From NCBI GenBank assembly GCA_041659005.1, contig JBAZZD010000002.1:25817-89816 (forward strand): a stretch of DNA of 64,000 bases, in the 5' to 3' direction. Position 1 is the first letter of the stretch, and every line of letters begins with the position of its first letter. The translations under genes and the position numbers were made by a program. Source of the stretch: Minisyncoccota bacterium. Lineage in GTDB: Bacteria; Patescibacteriota; Minisyncoccia; UBA6257; GWB1-50-10. Below the pieces are notes generated by a model. That model was not told where the DNA came from and did no database searches. It worked only from the letters and a program-made list of their open reading frames with translations. Below are positions 8,856-17,415 of this stretch, piece by piece.

Positions 8856-9982
8856 TAAAAAAATTACGAATTCCTAAAAGTTCTTCTCCTGATTTTGTTT
8901 TTTTGGGATTTCTTGCGGTACTTATTATATTTGGACTTGTAATTCTTACAAGCGCGTCATCTGATCTCGCAAAAACAGAGACCGGGGACAGTATGTATTA
9001 TTTGAAACATCAAATAACAAATGGATTGTCAGTAGGTATAATTGGATTTCTGATTGGATATTTTCTTTATTATCGAATATGGGAAAAAATTTCAGTTCCG
9101 CTTCTTGTTCTTGGAATTGTTCTTCTGTTTCTCGTTTTTACCCCGTTAGTTGATATTCAAAAAGGGGGTGCAAGATGGATTGATTTTCAAATTTTTAAAT
9201 TCCAACCTGGAGAATTTATTAAATTAGCATTTCTTGTCTACCTTTCTGCATGGGTTGGTAAAAATCAAGAGCGGAGCAAAAGTTTTATTGGTGGGTTTAT
9301 TCCGTTTTCACTTCTTGTTGGGGTAGTGATGATATTACTTATATTACAACCAGCAACTTCAACTGCTGCTCTTGTTTTCTTCTCATCACTTATCACTTAT
9401 TTTATTGCGGGTGCAAAACCTAAGTTTTTTATTGGTATGATCCTTATTGGCGCCATCTCTCTTGGCGTACTTATTTTTGCTGTCAAAAATAATGACGGCG
9501 AAAATTATCGGTTAAAACGTGTTGCAACTTTTTTACACCCAGAAAGTGATCCACTTGGTTCTGGGTGGCACATAAATCAAGCGCTTAATGCAATTGGATC
9601 TGGTGGTATATTTGGCGTTGGGTTTGGGAAATCAACTTCAAAACTTTATTTTCTTCCTGAGCCAATAGGAGATTCAATCTTTGCGGTTATCGCCGAAGAA
9701 CTTGGATTTATTGGTGCTGTTGGTTTTCTTTTCTTTTTCCTTGCATTTTTATGGCGTGGATTTAAAATTGCTACACGCGCACCTGACAATTTTGCTAAGT
9801 TTTTGGTTGTTGGGTTTATGAGTATTCTTGGTCTCCAAGCGTTCGTAAACATTGCCGCCATATCAGGAGTTATTCCGTTAACTGGTGTGCCATTGCCATT
9901 TGTGAGTTATGGCGGTACTGCACTCGCAGTATTTCTTACTATGTCAGGCATTATTGCGAATGTATCAAAATATAAACGATAA
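8852..9982 (+). CDS. ftsW: SEDS family peptidoglycan polymerase FtsW
   Basis: GARWI, QP.EF.K, AIGSGG, LPE...D.IF, LPFVSYGG; between mraY and murG. Confidence 0.93.
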   Translation: MIKKLRIPKSSSPDFVFLGFLAVLIIFGLVILTSASSDLAKTETGDSMYYLKHQITNGLSVGIIGFLIGYFLYYRIWEKISVPLLVLGIVLLFLVFTPLVDIQKGGARWIDFQIFKFQPGEFIKLAFLVYLSAWVGKNQERSKSFIGGFIPFSLLVGVVMILLILQPATSTAALVFFSSLITYFIAGAKPKFFIGMILIGAISLGVLIFAVKNNDGENYRLKRVATFLHPESDPLGSGWHINQALNAIGSGGIFGVGFGKSTSKLYFLPEPIGDSIFAVIAEELGFIGAVGFLFFFLAFLWRGFKIATRAPDNFAKFLVVGFMSILGLQAFVNIAAISGVIPLTGVPLPFVSYGGTALAVFLTMSGIIANVSKYKR

Positions 9983-9984
9983 TT

Positions 9985-11136
9985 ATGAGAAAAAATAATG
10001 TAGTAAGAATTGGTATCGCTGGTGGTGGAACGGGTGGACATATCTATCCGCTTCTTGCGGTATGCGATGCATTTTCAAAGAAACGTGGACCCTATGATGA
10101 CACCGTCATTGAATTTCACTATTTTGGAAGACCTGGAATCTATCAAAATGAATTTGATTTTAGAAGCATTCGCGCTCATTCAATTATTGGAAGTAGATTA
10201 CGTCGATATGCTTCAATTCAAAATGTTTTTGATATTCCCAAATTTTTTATAAGCATAGTACAGGCATTATTTTCGCTCCTTTTGGTCATGCCTGATGTTG
10301 TTTTTTCAAAAGGTGGACCTGGATCAATTCCTGTCGTCTTTGCTGCATGGTTTTACAGAATTCCGATAGTAATTCATGAATCTGATGCAGTTCCCGGACT
10401 TGCGAATAGAGTTGCTGCACGATTTGCAAGAAAAATTTGCATTTCATTTCCTGAGTCAAAAGAATTTTTTGATGAAAAGAAAGTTGTAGCGACGGGAAAT
10501 CCGATTCGCGATGAGCTTATAAAAAATAGAATGTCAAAAGTTGGAGCAAAAAACTTTTGGAGAATGGATGAGCATCTTCCACTCGCGCTTGTTGTTGGTG
10601 GCTCGCAGGGGTCGCAACGCATTAATTCATTTATAACAGAAAATCTTGAAGAATTACTTAAAGACGTACAAATACTACATCAGGTAGGACAGAGTAATTA
10701 TCAAGAAATTGAAATGTCCATGCGTGAAATTATGGCGCTTGTTCCGCGGGAACTTCATGGGAGGTATCGGGCAGTTTCGTTTATGGATGTCGAAGAAATG
10801 AAAAATGCAATGACTGCTGCTGATGTGATTATTTCTCGTGCCGGTTCTGGCGCAATTTTTGAGATTGCGTCATTTAAGACTCCAACAATTCTTATTCCAC
10901 TTGAAGAGTCTGCAGGAGATCATCAAAAAGTAAATGCATATGCATATTCAAAAACGGGTTATGCATTCGTGCTTGAGGAAGAGAATATGACGTTGCACAC
11001 ACTTCAATCTCGTATTCGTGCACTCATTTCTCCAGAATTTACACCAAATAATAGAGGAGAAAAAACAGATTTATTCTTTTTTTCTCAATCTGCCGAACGT
11101 ATTGCAGATGAGGTTATGGGCCTTATTTCAGGGTGA
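9985..11136 (+). CDS. murG: MurG GlcNAc transferase
   Basis: GGGTGGH, HESD..PGLAN, GNPIR, GGSQG, HQ..NA. Confidence 0.96.
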   Translation: MRKNNVVRIGIAGGGTGGHIYPLLAVCDAFSKKRGPYDDTVIEFHYFGRPGIYQNEFDFRSIRAHSIIGSRLRRYASIQNVFDIPKFFISIVQALFSLLLVMPDVVFSKGGPGSIPVVFAAWFYRIPIVIHESDAVPGLANRVAARFARKICISFPESKEFFDEKKVVATGNPIRDELIKNRMSKVGAKNFWRMDEHLPLALVVGGSQGSQRINSFITENLEELLKDVQILHQVGQSNYQEIEMSMREIMALVPRELHGRYRAVSFMDVEEMKNAMTAADVIISRAGSGAIFEIASFKTPTILIPLEESAGDHQKVNAYAYSKTGYAFVLEEENMTLHTLQSRIRALISPEFTPNNRGEKTDLFFFSQSAERIADEVMGLISG

Positions 11137-11167
11137 CTATTGTAAAATATGAGGTATAATGGGGATT

Positions 11168-12553
11168 ATGAGTGTCCGTGTACGTTTTGCGCCCTCGCCA
11201 ACAGGATTTTTGCATATTGGAGGGGTTAGAACTGCATTGTTTAACTGGCTCTTTGCCAAGCGCGAGGGCGGAGTGTTTATTTTGCGTATTGAGGATACAG
11301 ACAAAGAGCGATCTGAAAAGCGTTTCGAAGATGATATTCTAAAGAATTTTGAATGGTTCGGAATCAGTTCTGATGAACCAATCTGGCGACAAAGCGAAAG
11401 AATTGATGTGTATAAAAAATATCTTTTACAACTTTTAAATAAAGGGAAGGCGTATTATTGTTTTTGCAAAGAAGATGAGCTTGAATCTGAATATCAAGCA
11501 CAAATGAGTCAGGGAATCGCTCCAAAGTATAGTGGACGATGTCGCTCCATTTCTCGTGAGGATGGAGAACTACGTGCAAAAACTGAGCGGGCGGTGATAC
11601 GAATAAAAATGCCAGAGCAGTTAATACAATTTACGGATTCAGTTCGTGGAAAAGTAAGTTTTGATACAAAATTATTTGGTGACATTATTATTGCAAAAGG
11701 GCTTGAAGAACCATTATATAATTTTGCTGTAGTTGTCGACGATCATGAAACAAAAATTACTCACGTAATTCGCGGTGAGGAACATTTACCAAATACACCG
11801 AAACAAATTGTTATTCAAAATGCACTTGGGTTTCCAAGTGTTCAATATGGACACCTTCCGTTAATTTTGGACACAAGCAAAAAGAAACTTTCAAAGCGAT
11901 TTTTACAAGATTCATTGAATCAATATAGGGCGGATGGTTATCTTCCTTCGGCAATTCTTAATTTCCTCGTTTTGTTGGGGTGGCATCCAGAAAATGATCG
12001 CGAGATATTAACAGTTGAAGAGATGAAAAAGGAATTTTCATTAAAGAGAGTTCAAAAGGCAGGGGCGGTATATAACACAGAGAAACTCGATTGGTTAAAT
12101 GCGATGCATATACGAATGGTTCCACTTCCAGATCTTGTTGAGCAGGTTCTTCCTTTTGTTCCTGAGATCTGGAAGGTAGATACTACAAAACTTACTCGAG
12201 TTGTTGAGTTCACGCGAGAGCGAATGAAAAAATTGAGTGATTTTCCTCTTGAGGCAAAACCATTTTTTGAAATTGCTTCGTATGACGTTAAGCTTCTTAT
12301 GTGGAAAGATTTTCCTTTATCTGATTCAAAGAAGCATTTATTGGAGATTTTAACTCTCATTAAGAGTGGGGGAGACAGTAGTGTAAAAATAATGGAATAT
12401 GCAAACAAGGAGGGGAAGGGAAATGTGTTGTGGCCTCTTCGTGTTGCATTTTCTGGTCTTCAAAATTCACCTGGGCCACTAGAGCTCCTTTCAGTATTTG
12501 GACCGATTGAGGCAGAAAAAAGAATAATTGATGCGATTCAAAAGATTTCTTAA
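11168..12553 (+). CDS. gltX: Glutamate--tRNA ligase
   Basis: RFAPSPTG..HIGG, KLSKR. Confidence 0.97.
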   Translation: MSVRVRFAPSPTGFLHIGGVRTALFNWLFAKREGGVFILRIEDTDKERSEKRFEDDILKNFEWFGISSDEPIWRQSERIDVYKKYLLQLLNKGKAYYCFCKEDELESEYQAQMSQGIAPKYSGRCRSISREDGELRAKTERAVIRIKMPEQLIQFTDSVRGKVSFDTKLFGDIIIAKGLEEPLYNFAVVVDDHETKITHVIRGEEHLPNTPKQIVIQNALGFPSVQYGHLPLILDTSKKKLSKRFLQDSLNQYRADGYLPSAILNFLVLLGWHPENDREILTVEEMKKEFSLKRVQKAGAVYNTEKLDWLNAMHIRMVPLPDLVEQVLPFVPEIWKVDTTKLTRVVEFTRERMKKLSDFPLEAKPFFEIASYDVKLLMWKDFPLSDSKKHLLEILTLIKSGGDSSVKIMEYANKEGKGNVLWPLRVAFSGLQNSPGPLELLSVFGPIEAEKRIIDAIQKIS

Positions 12554-12554
12554 T

Positions 12555-13886
12555 ATGCAAAAAATACCCAGCATACTATTTGCAATGAGTGTGGTGATAG
12601 TTTTTGCATTTTTTATAACGCAAAAAACATTAGCGCAATCTTCTCCTTTTTCATTTTTCTCTAATGCGCTTGGTGATCTAGAAAAAAGTATTGAAGAAAA
12701 AAACAACGAGCTTCAAAAAATAAAAGAACAAAGAGACTCATTACAACGCTCACTTGATGTAGTGAGTGAAGTTGGGAATTCGTTAAAAAAGGACATTCAA
12801 GTATATAATACCAGCATTAATCAGCTAAATCTTTCGATAAAATCAAGTGCGGTAAATATTGAAAAACTTGATATGGAAATTGATGTTTTGGGAAATGACG
12901 TTCGTGACATGCAGGACGAAATTGAAACAAAGCAGATAGCGATTGGGCGGTTAATAGGGGAGATACAACAGGCCGACAATGAATCATTCATTGAACGAAT
13001 TTTGAAAAGTGAATCATTGAGCGAAAGTATCGCACAAGCGGAAAGTATAAAAACATTAAATTCTGCTTTGTCAACTAGTATAAAAGATTTGCAGTCATTA
13101 CGAACCGAATATAAAAATAAAATTGAATCAACAAAACAAAAGAAGGGACAAAAAGAAACACAAAAAGATACACTATTAACTTTGCAACAAATAACTGCGG
13201 AACAAAAAATAGAAAAACAGAAAATTCTTGAAGTTACAAAATCACAAGAACAGCAATATGCAAAACAGCTTGAAGAGCTTGATAAACGTCAAGAAGAAAT
13301 AGGAAATGCAATTTCTGAAATTGAAGACAGGTTGCGTACGTCGTTCAATCCAAATCTTTTGCCCATACAGCGTTTTGGTGTTTTGAATTTTCCACTTGAA
13401 TCACCATACGTTACGCAATGCTATGGAAAGACTCCCTCTGCACTAAAATTATACAAGACAAAATCTCATAATGGTCTTGATCTTGGAACTCCTGTTGGAA
13501 CACCAGTTTTTGCTGCTGAATCAGGAAAAATTGCAAAGGTAGGAAATAACGATCGAGGAGCATCTCGGTGGTCAAAATATCAATACGGAAAATATATTGT
13601 TATTAAACATGATAATAATCTCGCAACGCTCTATGGACATCTGTCTTCGCAAATAGTAAAAGAAGGAGCGCAAGTAGAAAAGGGTGCTCTTATCGGATAT
13701 TCCGGAAATACTGGGTACTCGTTTGGGCCTCATTTACATTTTGGTGTACTGTGGGCGCCTACACTACAATATAAAGCAATACCACCGGCAGCAGGAGTAG
13801 TACCAATTGGTGTTACGATTGATCCAGCAACATATTTACCCTCAATTGCTGGATATCCACATGGAAGGGATTCTGGATGTAAATAA
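12555..13886 (+). CDS. Coiled-coil + M23 peptidase (murein hydrolase)
   Basis: Signal peptide, long coiled coil, HNGLD, YGHL, GPHLHF. Confidence 0.92.
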   Translation: MQKIPSILFAMSVVIVFAFFITQKTLAQSSPFSFFSNALGDLEKSIEEKNNELQKIKEQRDSLQRSLDVVSEVGNSLKKDIQVYNTSINQLNLSIKSSAVNIEKLDMEIDVLGNDVRDMQDEIETKQIAIGRLIGEIQQADNESFIERILKSESLSESIAQAESIKTLNSALSTSIKDLQSLRTEYKNKIESTKQKKGQKETQKDTLLTLQQITAEQKIEKQKILEVTKSQEQQYAKQLEELDKRQEEIGNAISEIEDRLRTSFNPNLLPIQRFGVLNFPLESPYVTQCYGKTPSALKLYKTKSHNGLDLGTPVGTPVFAAESGKIAKVGNNDRGASRWSKYQYGKYIVIKHDNNLATLYGHLSSQIVKEGAQVEKGALIGYSGNTGYSFGPHLHFGVLWAPTLQYKAIPPAAGVVPIGVTIDPATYLPSIAGYPHGRDSGCK

Positions 13887-13897
13887 CAATTTCGTAT

Positions 13898-14329
13898 ATG
13901 AAAAAAATAATTTTATGTAACATCGCAGTAACATTCTTGGTTCTCAATTTCTTTTTCTATTCTAACAAAGTAAATGCGCAGATGATTAATTCGTCGAGTT
14001 CACTGGAATCAATAGTAAAAAGTTTTTTGCCTGATCCCGCAAAAGAAGTTCTCGACATTGCAAATGATGCACGAAAGAAAATCGAATCGAAAATTGGAAT
14101 TGATTTTGAGAAGATGACCGCTAATTGGGCATTGTCTGGGATAAATGCCGGATCTTCACAGAAAATAACCCCAGAATCTACAATAAACCTATTAGAACAG
14201 GTTTCAGGGCTCACAAGTACGGTAAATCCGGCCAACACGCCTGATTTTGTCGGTAGAGTTACGGATATCATCCGACAATTTATAAAATATATTTTTGATA
14301 TCATACGAAATATCCTTGGTATGATTTAG
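13898..14329 (+). CDS. Hypothetical exported protein
   Basis: Signal peptide ending VNA-Q; 11 nt after M23 gene. Confidence 0.7.
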   Translation: MKKIILCNIAVTFLVLNFFFYSNKVNAQMINSSSSLESIVKSFLPDPAKEVLDIANDARKKIESKIGIDFEKMTANWALSGINAGSSQKITPESTINLLEQVSGLTSTVNPANTPDFVGRVTDIIRQFIKYIFDIIRNILGMI

Positions 14330-14779
14330 GAGGGAATTTATAAAAAATCCACATATATCAATTAAAAAGATTTGGTATGTATTTGAAATGTTTGTACTCG
14401 CATTAAAAAGAGTGCATATGTCGTAAAGAGCCACTTATGGAAAACTTTCGTCGTATAGGAGACGCGCCTTTTATTGCGATGGCTATGTCGCAAAAGGTAT
14501 ATTGTGCGACATATCTAAATATCAAAATACCTCTCTTTGTGCACTTCCCCTGGGTTTCCCTATATCCTTTTAAGGTGATCATTTTTTCTCTAATCTGTTG
14601 TATTGCTTGTATTTTTATTCCCAATTTTTATTTTTGAATTATTTCTATATATAAAATTGTTTTTTGAATTGAACATTTTGCTGTTATTTCTGGGTCGGGG
14701 TACTCCCCCATATAATGTGCATTTATCTGTTGTGATGATTATCTAGAATAAAAAATCCAGCATTATATGCTGGAAATTG

Positions 14780-15049
14780 TTATTTGTATGTGAATGGAAT
14801 ATTTTTTGTAGTTTGGAAGTGTCCGGGACGTGCAGATATCCCTTCGCGCAACGTGATTTTGCCATTACCGAGCACGTCGTCGTTTGCTGCAGACTTAAGA
14901 TGTTTCTGCGCGTGCTTTTTCGCCTCGGTAGCGTTATTTGCTTGGAACGTGTGGACAAAAATTTCATTTTTCCGTCCCAATATGGTTGTTTTTCCTATTG
15001 GTTTTTTAATGCCGCGTTCTTTCAACGGGTATGCAAGTTTGTAGTACAT
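14780..15049 (-). CDS. Hypothetical basic protein
   Basis: TTGACA-17-TAAGGT promoter, AAAAGGAG RBS, downstream hairpin 14755-14774. Confidence 0.65.
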   Translation of the reverse strand: MYYKLAYPLKERGIKKPIGKTTILGRKNEIFVHTFQANNATEAKKHAQKHLKSAANDDVLGNGKITLREGISARPGHFQTTKNIPFTYK

Positions 15050-15250
15050 ATTTATCTCCTTTTAATTAATGTACATTTTGTACCTTACTATTTATATTGA
15101 ATTATGTCAATAAATAAAATAAAAAATCACTGGTACAATTGAATGATATAGTTATGAAAATTAATTTAAACAACACGAAGTCGCAAATCATATCAGAAGA
15201 TGTTTTTGTAATTTGTTTTGATTGCATAAACATTTCCTGTCTTTAACGGG

Positions 15251-16021
15251 ATGGACGATTTTAAAACCGCGGATGAATTTAAGGATGCGTGCGGATATAC
15301 ACTTGATAATGATGTGTGGTATCCTCGCGTAACAAAGATTGTTGAAATAAAAGCGAAACCGGCACTCTACTATTTTTATGCGAAAATGCCAAACTATCGT
15401 GCGGCAGAGCAGGTGAAGGAACAGTCAGCAGTAGAAGGAACAATGATTCATGAGGCAGCCGAGGCGATTCTTATGGGACAGAAACCTGTTATTCCCTACT
15501 CTATTACTCCATCAATGTCTGCGTTCGCTGAATATCTTTTAGAAAACAATATTGAAGTTGATCCAAAACATGTTGAGGTACGACTTACGAGTGATAAACA
15601 TAGATATGCAGGAACACTTGATGCAATTGCACGAATTGGCGGAAAACTTGGAATACTTGATATTAAAACCTCTTTAGAAATCTATCGAGATTATAATATT
15701 CAAACTTCTGCATATTTTTACGCAATGAAAGATTTAGTTCCAGAGCTTTCTACTCGCTGGATATTGCGAATTGATCAAAGTCGGCCTTGTATGAATTGTG
15801 GCGCAGTACTTCGGGCAAAAGGTGGACGCGAACAGGTAAAGATAAAATGGGATGATCCGTTTATGCGCTCGTGTAAACACGAGTTTGGCCCACTTGTTGG
15901 GCATATTGAATTAAAGGAACTTCATAATGTTGAAAATGATTTTGAGGCATTTCTTGGTGCAAAACGATTATGGGAATGGGAACACGAAGAATGGCTCAAA
16001 AAAATTGGATATTTGAAATGA
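15251..16021 (+). CDS. PD-(D/E)XK nuclease superfamily protein with Zn-binding insert
   Basis: P.VT.I, GT..H, E..L....YAGTLD, DIKTS, Q..AY, CxxC. Confidence 0.85.
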   Translation: MDDFKTADEFKDACGYTLDNDVWYPRVTKIVEIKAKPALYYFYAKMPNYRAAEQVKEQSAVEGTMIHEAAEAILMGQKPVIPYSITPSMSAFAEYLLENNIEVDPKHVEVRLTSDKHRYAGTLDAIARIGGKLGILDIKTSLEIYRDYNIQTSAYFYAMKDLVPELSTRWILRIDQSRPCMNCGAVLRAKGGREQVKIKWDDPFMRSCKHEFGPLVGHIELKELHNVENDFEAFLGAKRLWEWEHEEWLKKIGYLK

Positions 16022-16029
16022 TGTAATAA

Positions 16030-16054
16030 AAATCCCCGCTTTTTGCGGGGGTTT
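16030..16054. terminator. Bidirectional hairpin terminator
   Basis: ccccgc-ttttt-gcgggg between convergent genes. Confidence 0.75.
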
Positions 16055-16056
16055 GT

Positions 16057-16527
16057 TTATATCGCTCCACCAATATAACGAAGTTCATATGCTTCACCAA
16101 CATCTTTTTCTGAGATCATTTCTTCACCAGAAAAGAAGTTTAGGTTCCCATGAGAAATATTGATGTATGTGAAATTATATTTCTCATTCTTAAAGAATTC
16201 TGGCCCTCTGTATGGTTTATCTTGATCTACTTCAAGAAGTGCAAGTTTCAGAAAGGAAGTTATATTCTTTTCTGTTCCATTTTTTGCGATTATTCTTCCA
16301 TGATATGACATTCCCCATACCGGTTTTCCTTCGAATAATACGACTTCAGATCCTAGGAAAGAATCTGTTCCAATATATTTATCGGTGTATTCCCAATCAC
16401 CACGTCGTACAATAATTTTTACTGCTCCACTTTTCTCATACTTAATTATTTCAGTTGCGCCTTCTTTATTTGCATATCCGTTCTTTTTTGCAAAGACGAT
16501 AAATGCAATAAGTTCCTTTTCATTCAT
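16057..16527 (-). CDS. DUF5680-like hypothetical protein
   Basis: AKKNGYA, Y.D.Y.G...F.G.EVV, PVWGMSY.G, PYRGP, F.GEE; AAAGGAG before ATG. Confidence 0.75.
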   Translation of the reverse strand: MNEKELIAFIVFAKKNGYANKEGATEIIKYEKSGAVKIIVRRGDWEYTDKYIGTDSFLGSEVVLFEGKPVWGMSYHGRIIAKNGTEKNITSFLKLALLEVDQDKPYRGPEFFKNEKYNFTYINISHGNLNFFSGEEMISEKDVGEAYELRYIGGAI

Positions 16528-16629
16528 GGTATTTCTCCTTTTTAATGAATGGCTCATTAAAACATTAAATTTGTCTTTTAGCAAGCGATACACTAGTTTC
16601 TATATAAAGAAATCGGTATTATTAAATAT

Positions 16630-17064
16630 ATGAATGATGCAAATCACGAATATTGGCCAAAGGTAGGTGTTGCCGTGATGATCCTTAAAAATGGTAATGT
16701 TTTAATGGGAAAAAGAAAGAGCACACATGGTGTGGGAGACTTATCATTTCCTGGTGGAAAGATGGAACACATGGAGTCGTTTGAGGAGTGTTTACGACGT
16801 GAAGTTCGTGAAGAAACAGGAATAGAAATCAAAAACATTAAATTTCTTCGTCTTTTAAATCTTAAGGGGTATCCTCCAAAACACTTTGTTGACGTTGGCT
16901 TTGTTGCTGACTGGGCGTCAGGAGAGCCCACAACTATGGAACCAGAAAAATGTGAAGGGTGGGAATGGTATCCACTTGATGCAATCCCGATGGAACGATT
17001 ATTCTATCGTTTGGATACATTTTTTGAAGCATACAAAACAGGAAAGAATTTCTTTGATGAGTAA
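16630..17064 (+). CDS. NUDIX hydrolase (MutT/NUDT15-like)
   Basis: PGG.....ES...C..REVREETG, EPEKCEGWEW. Confidence 0.93.
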   Translation: MNDANHEYWPKVGVAVMILKNGNVLMGKRKSTHGVGDLSFPGGKMEHMESFEECLRREVREETGIEIKNIKFLRLLNLKGYPPKHFVDVGFVADWASGEPTTMEPEKCEGWEWYPLDAIPMERLFYRLDTFFEAYKTGKNFFDE

Positions 17065-17131
17065 TAATTGACTCTGGTTATTTTTGAGTATATTCTAAGG
17101 ATGATTTTTTCAAACAAAATATGGAGACACT

Positions 17132-17368
17132 ATGTCTGAGTTAGCAACCCAAAAAGGAAAAAAGTTTGCACTTGAACAGTTGGAAAAACGTAGGAAGAAC
17201 AAGCCGGAACAGATTGATAATACATCACTCTATGCTGGTTCGCCAATGTATTTCTATTGCAAAAGCTGTGGTCACCTTGCAGATACCCTACCGGAATCAT
17301 ATATCTCAAAACCAAAAGATTTATGCGATGAATGTCAGGCTCTCAAAGATCTTGGCTGGCTCGAGTAA
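17132..17368 (+). CDS. Small zinc-finger protein
   Basis: CKSC...CDEC; own TTGACT-17-TATTCT promoter, GGAG, terminator. Confidence 0.75.
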   Translation: MSELATQKGKKFALEQLEKRRKNKPEQIDNTSLYAGSPMYFYCKSCGHLADTLPESYISKPKDLCDECQALKDLGWLE

Positions 17369-17379
17369 TAAAAGATAAC

Positions 17380-17403
17380 AAATCCCCTCTTTCGAGGGGA
17401 TTT
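17380..17403. terminator. Bidirectional terminator
   Basis: aaatcccctc-tttc-gaggggattt. Confidence 0.8.
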
Positions 17404-17415
17404 ATGTTTTACATT

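Noticed and set aside
14690-14712. yybP-ykoY riboswitch (GGGGAGTA on minus strand)
   Set aside because: Only the short motif matches; no supporting helices or transporter gene
15251-16021. Cas4 / CRISPR adaptation gene
   Set aside because: Lacks the Cas4 four-Cys Fe-S arrangement; no array or cas1/cas2 nearby
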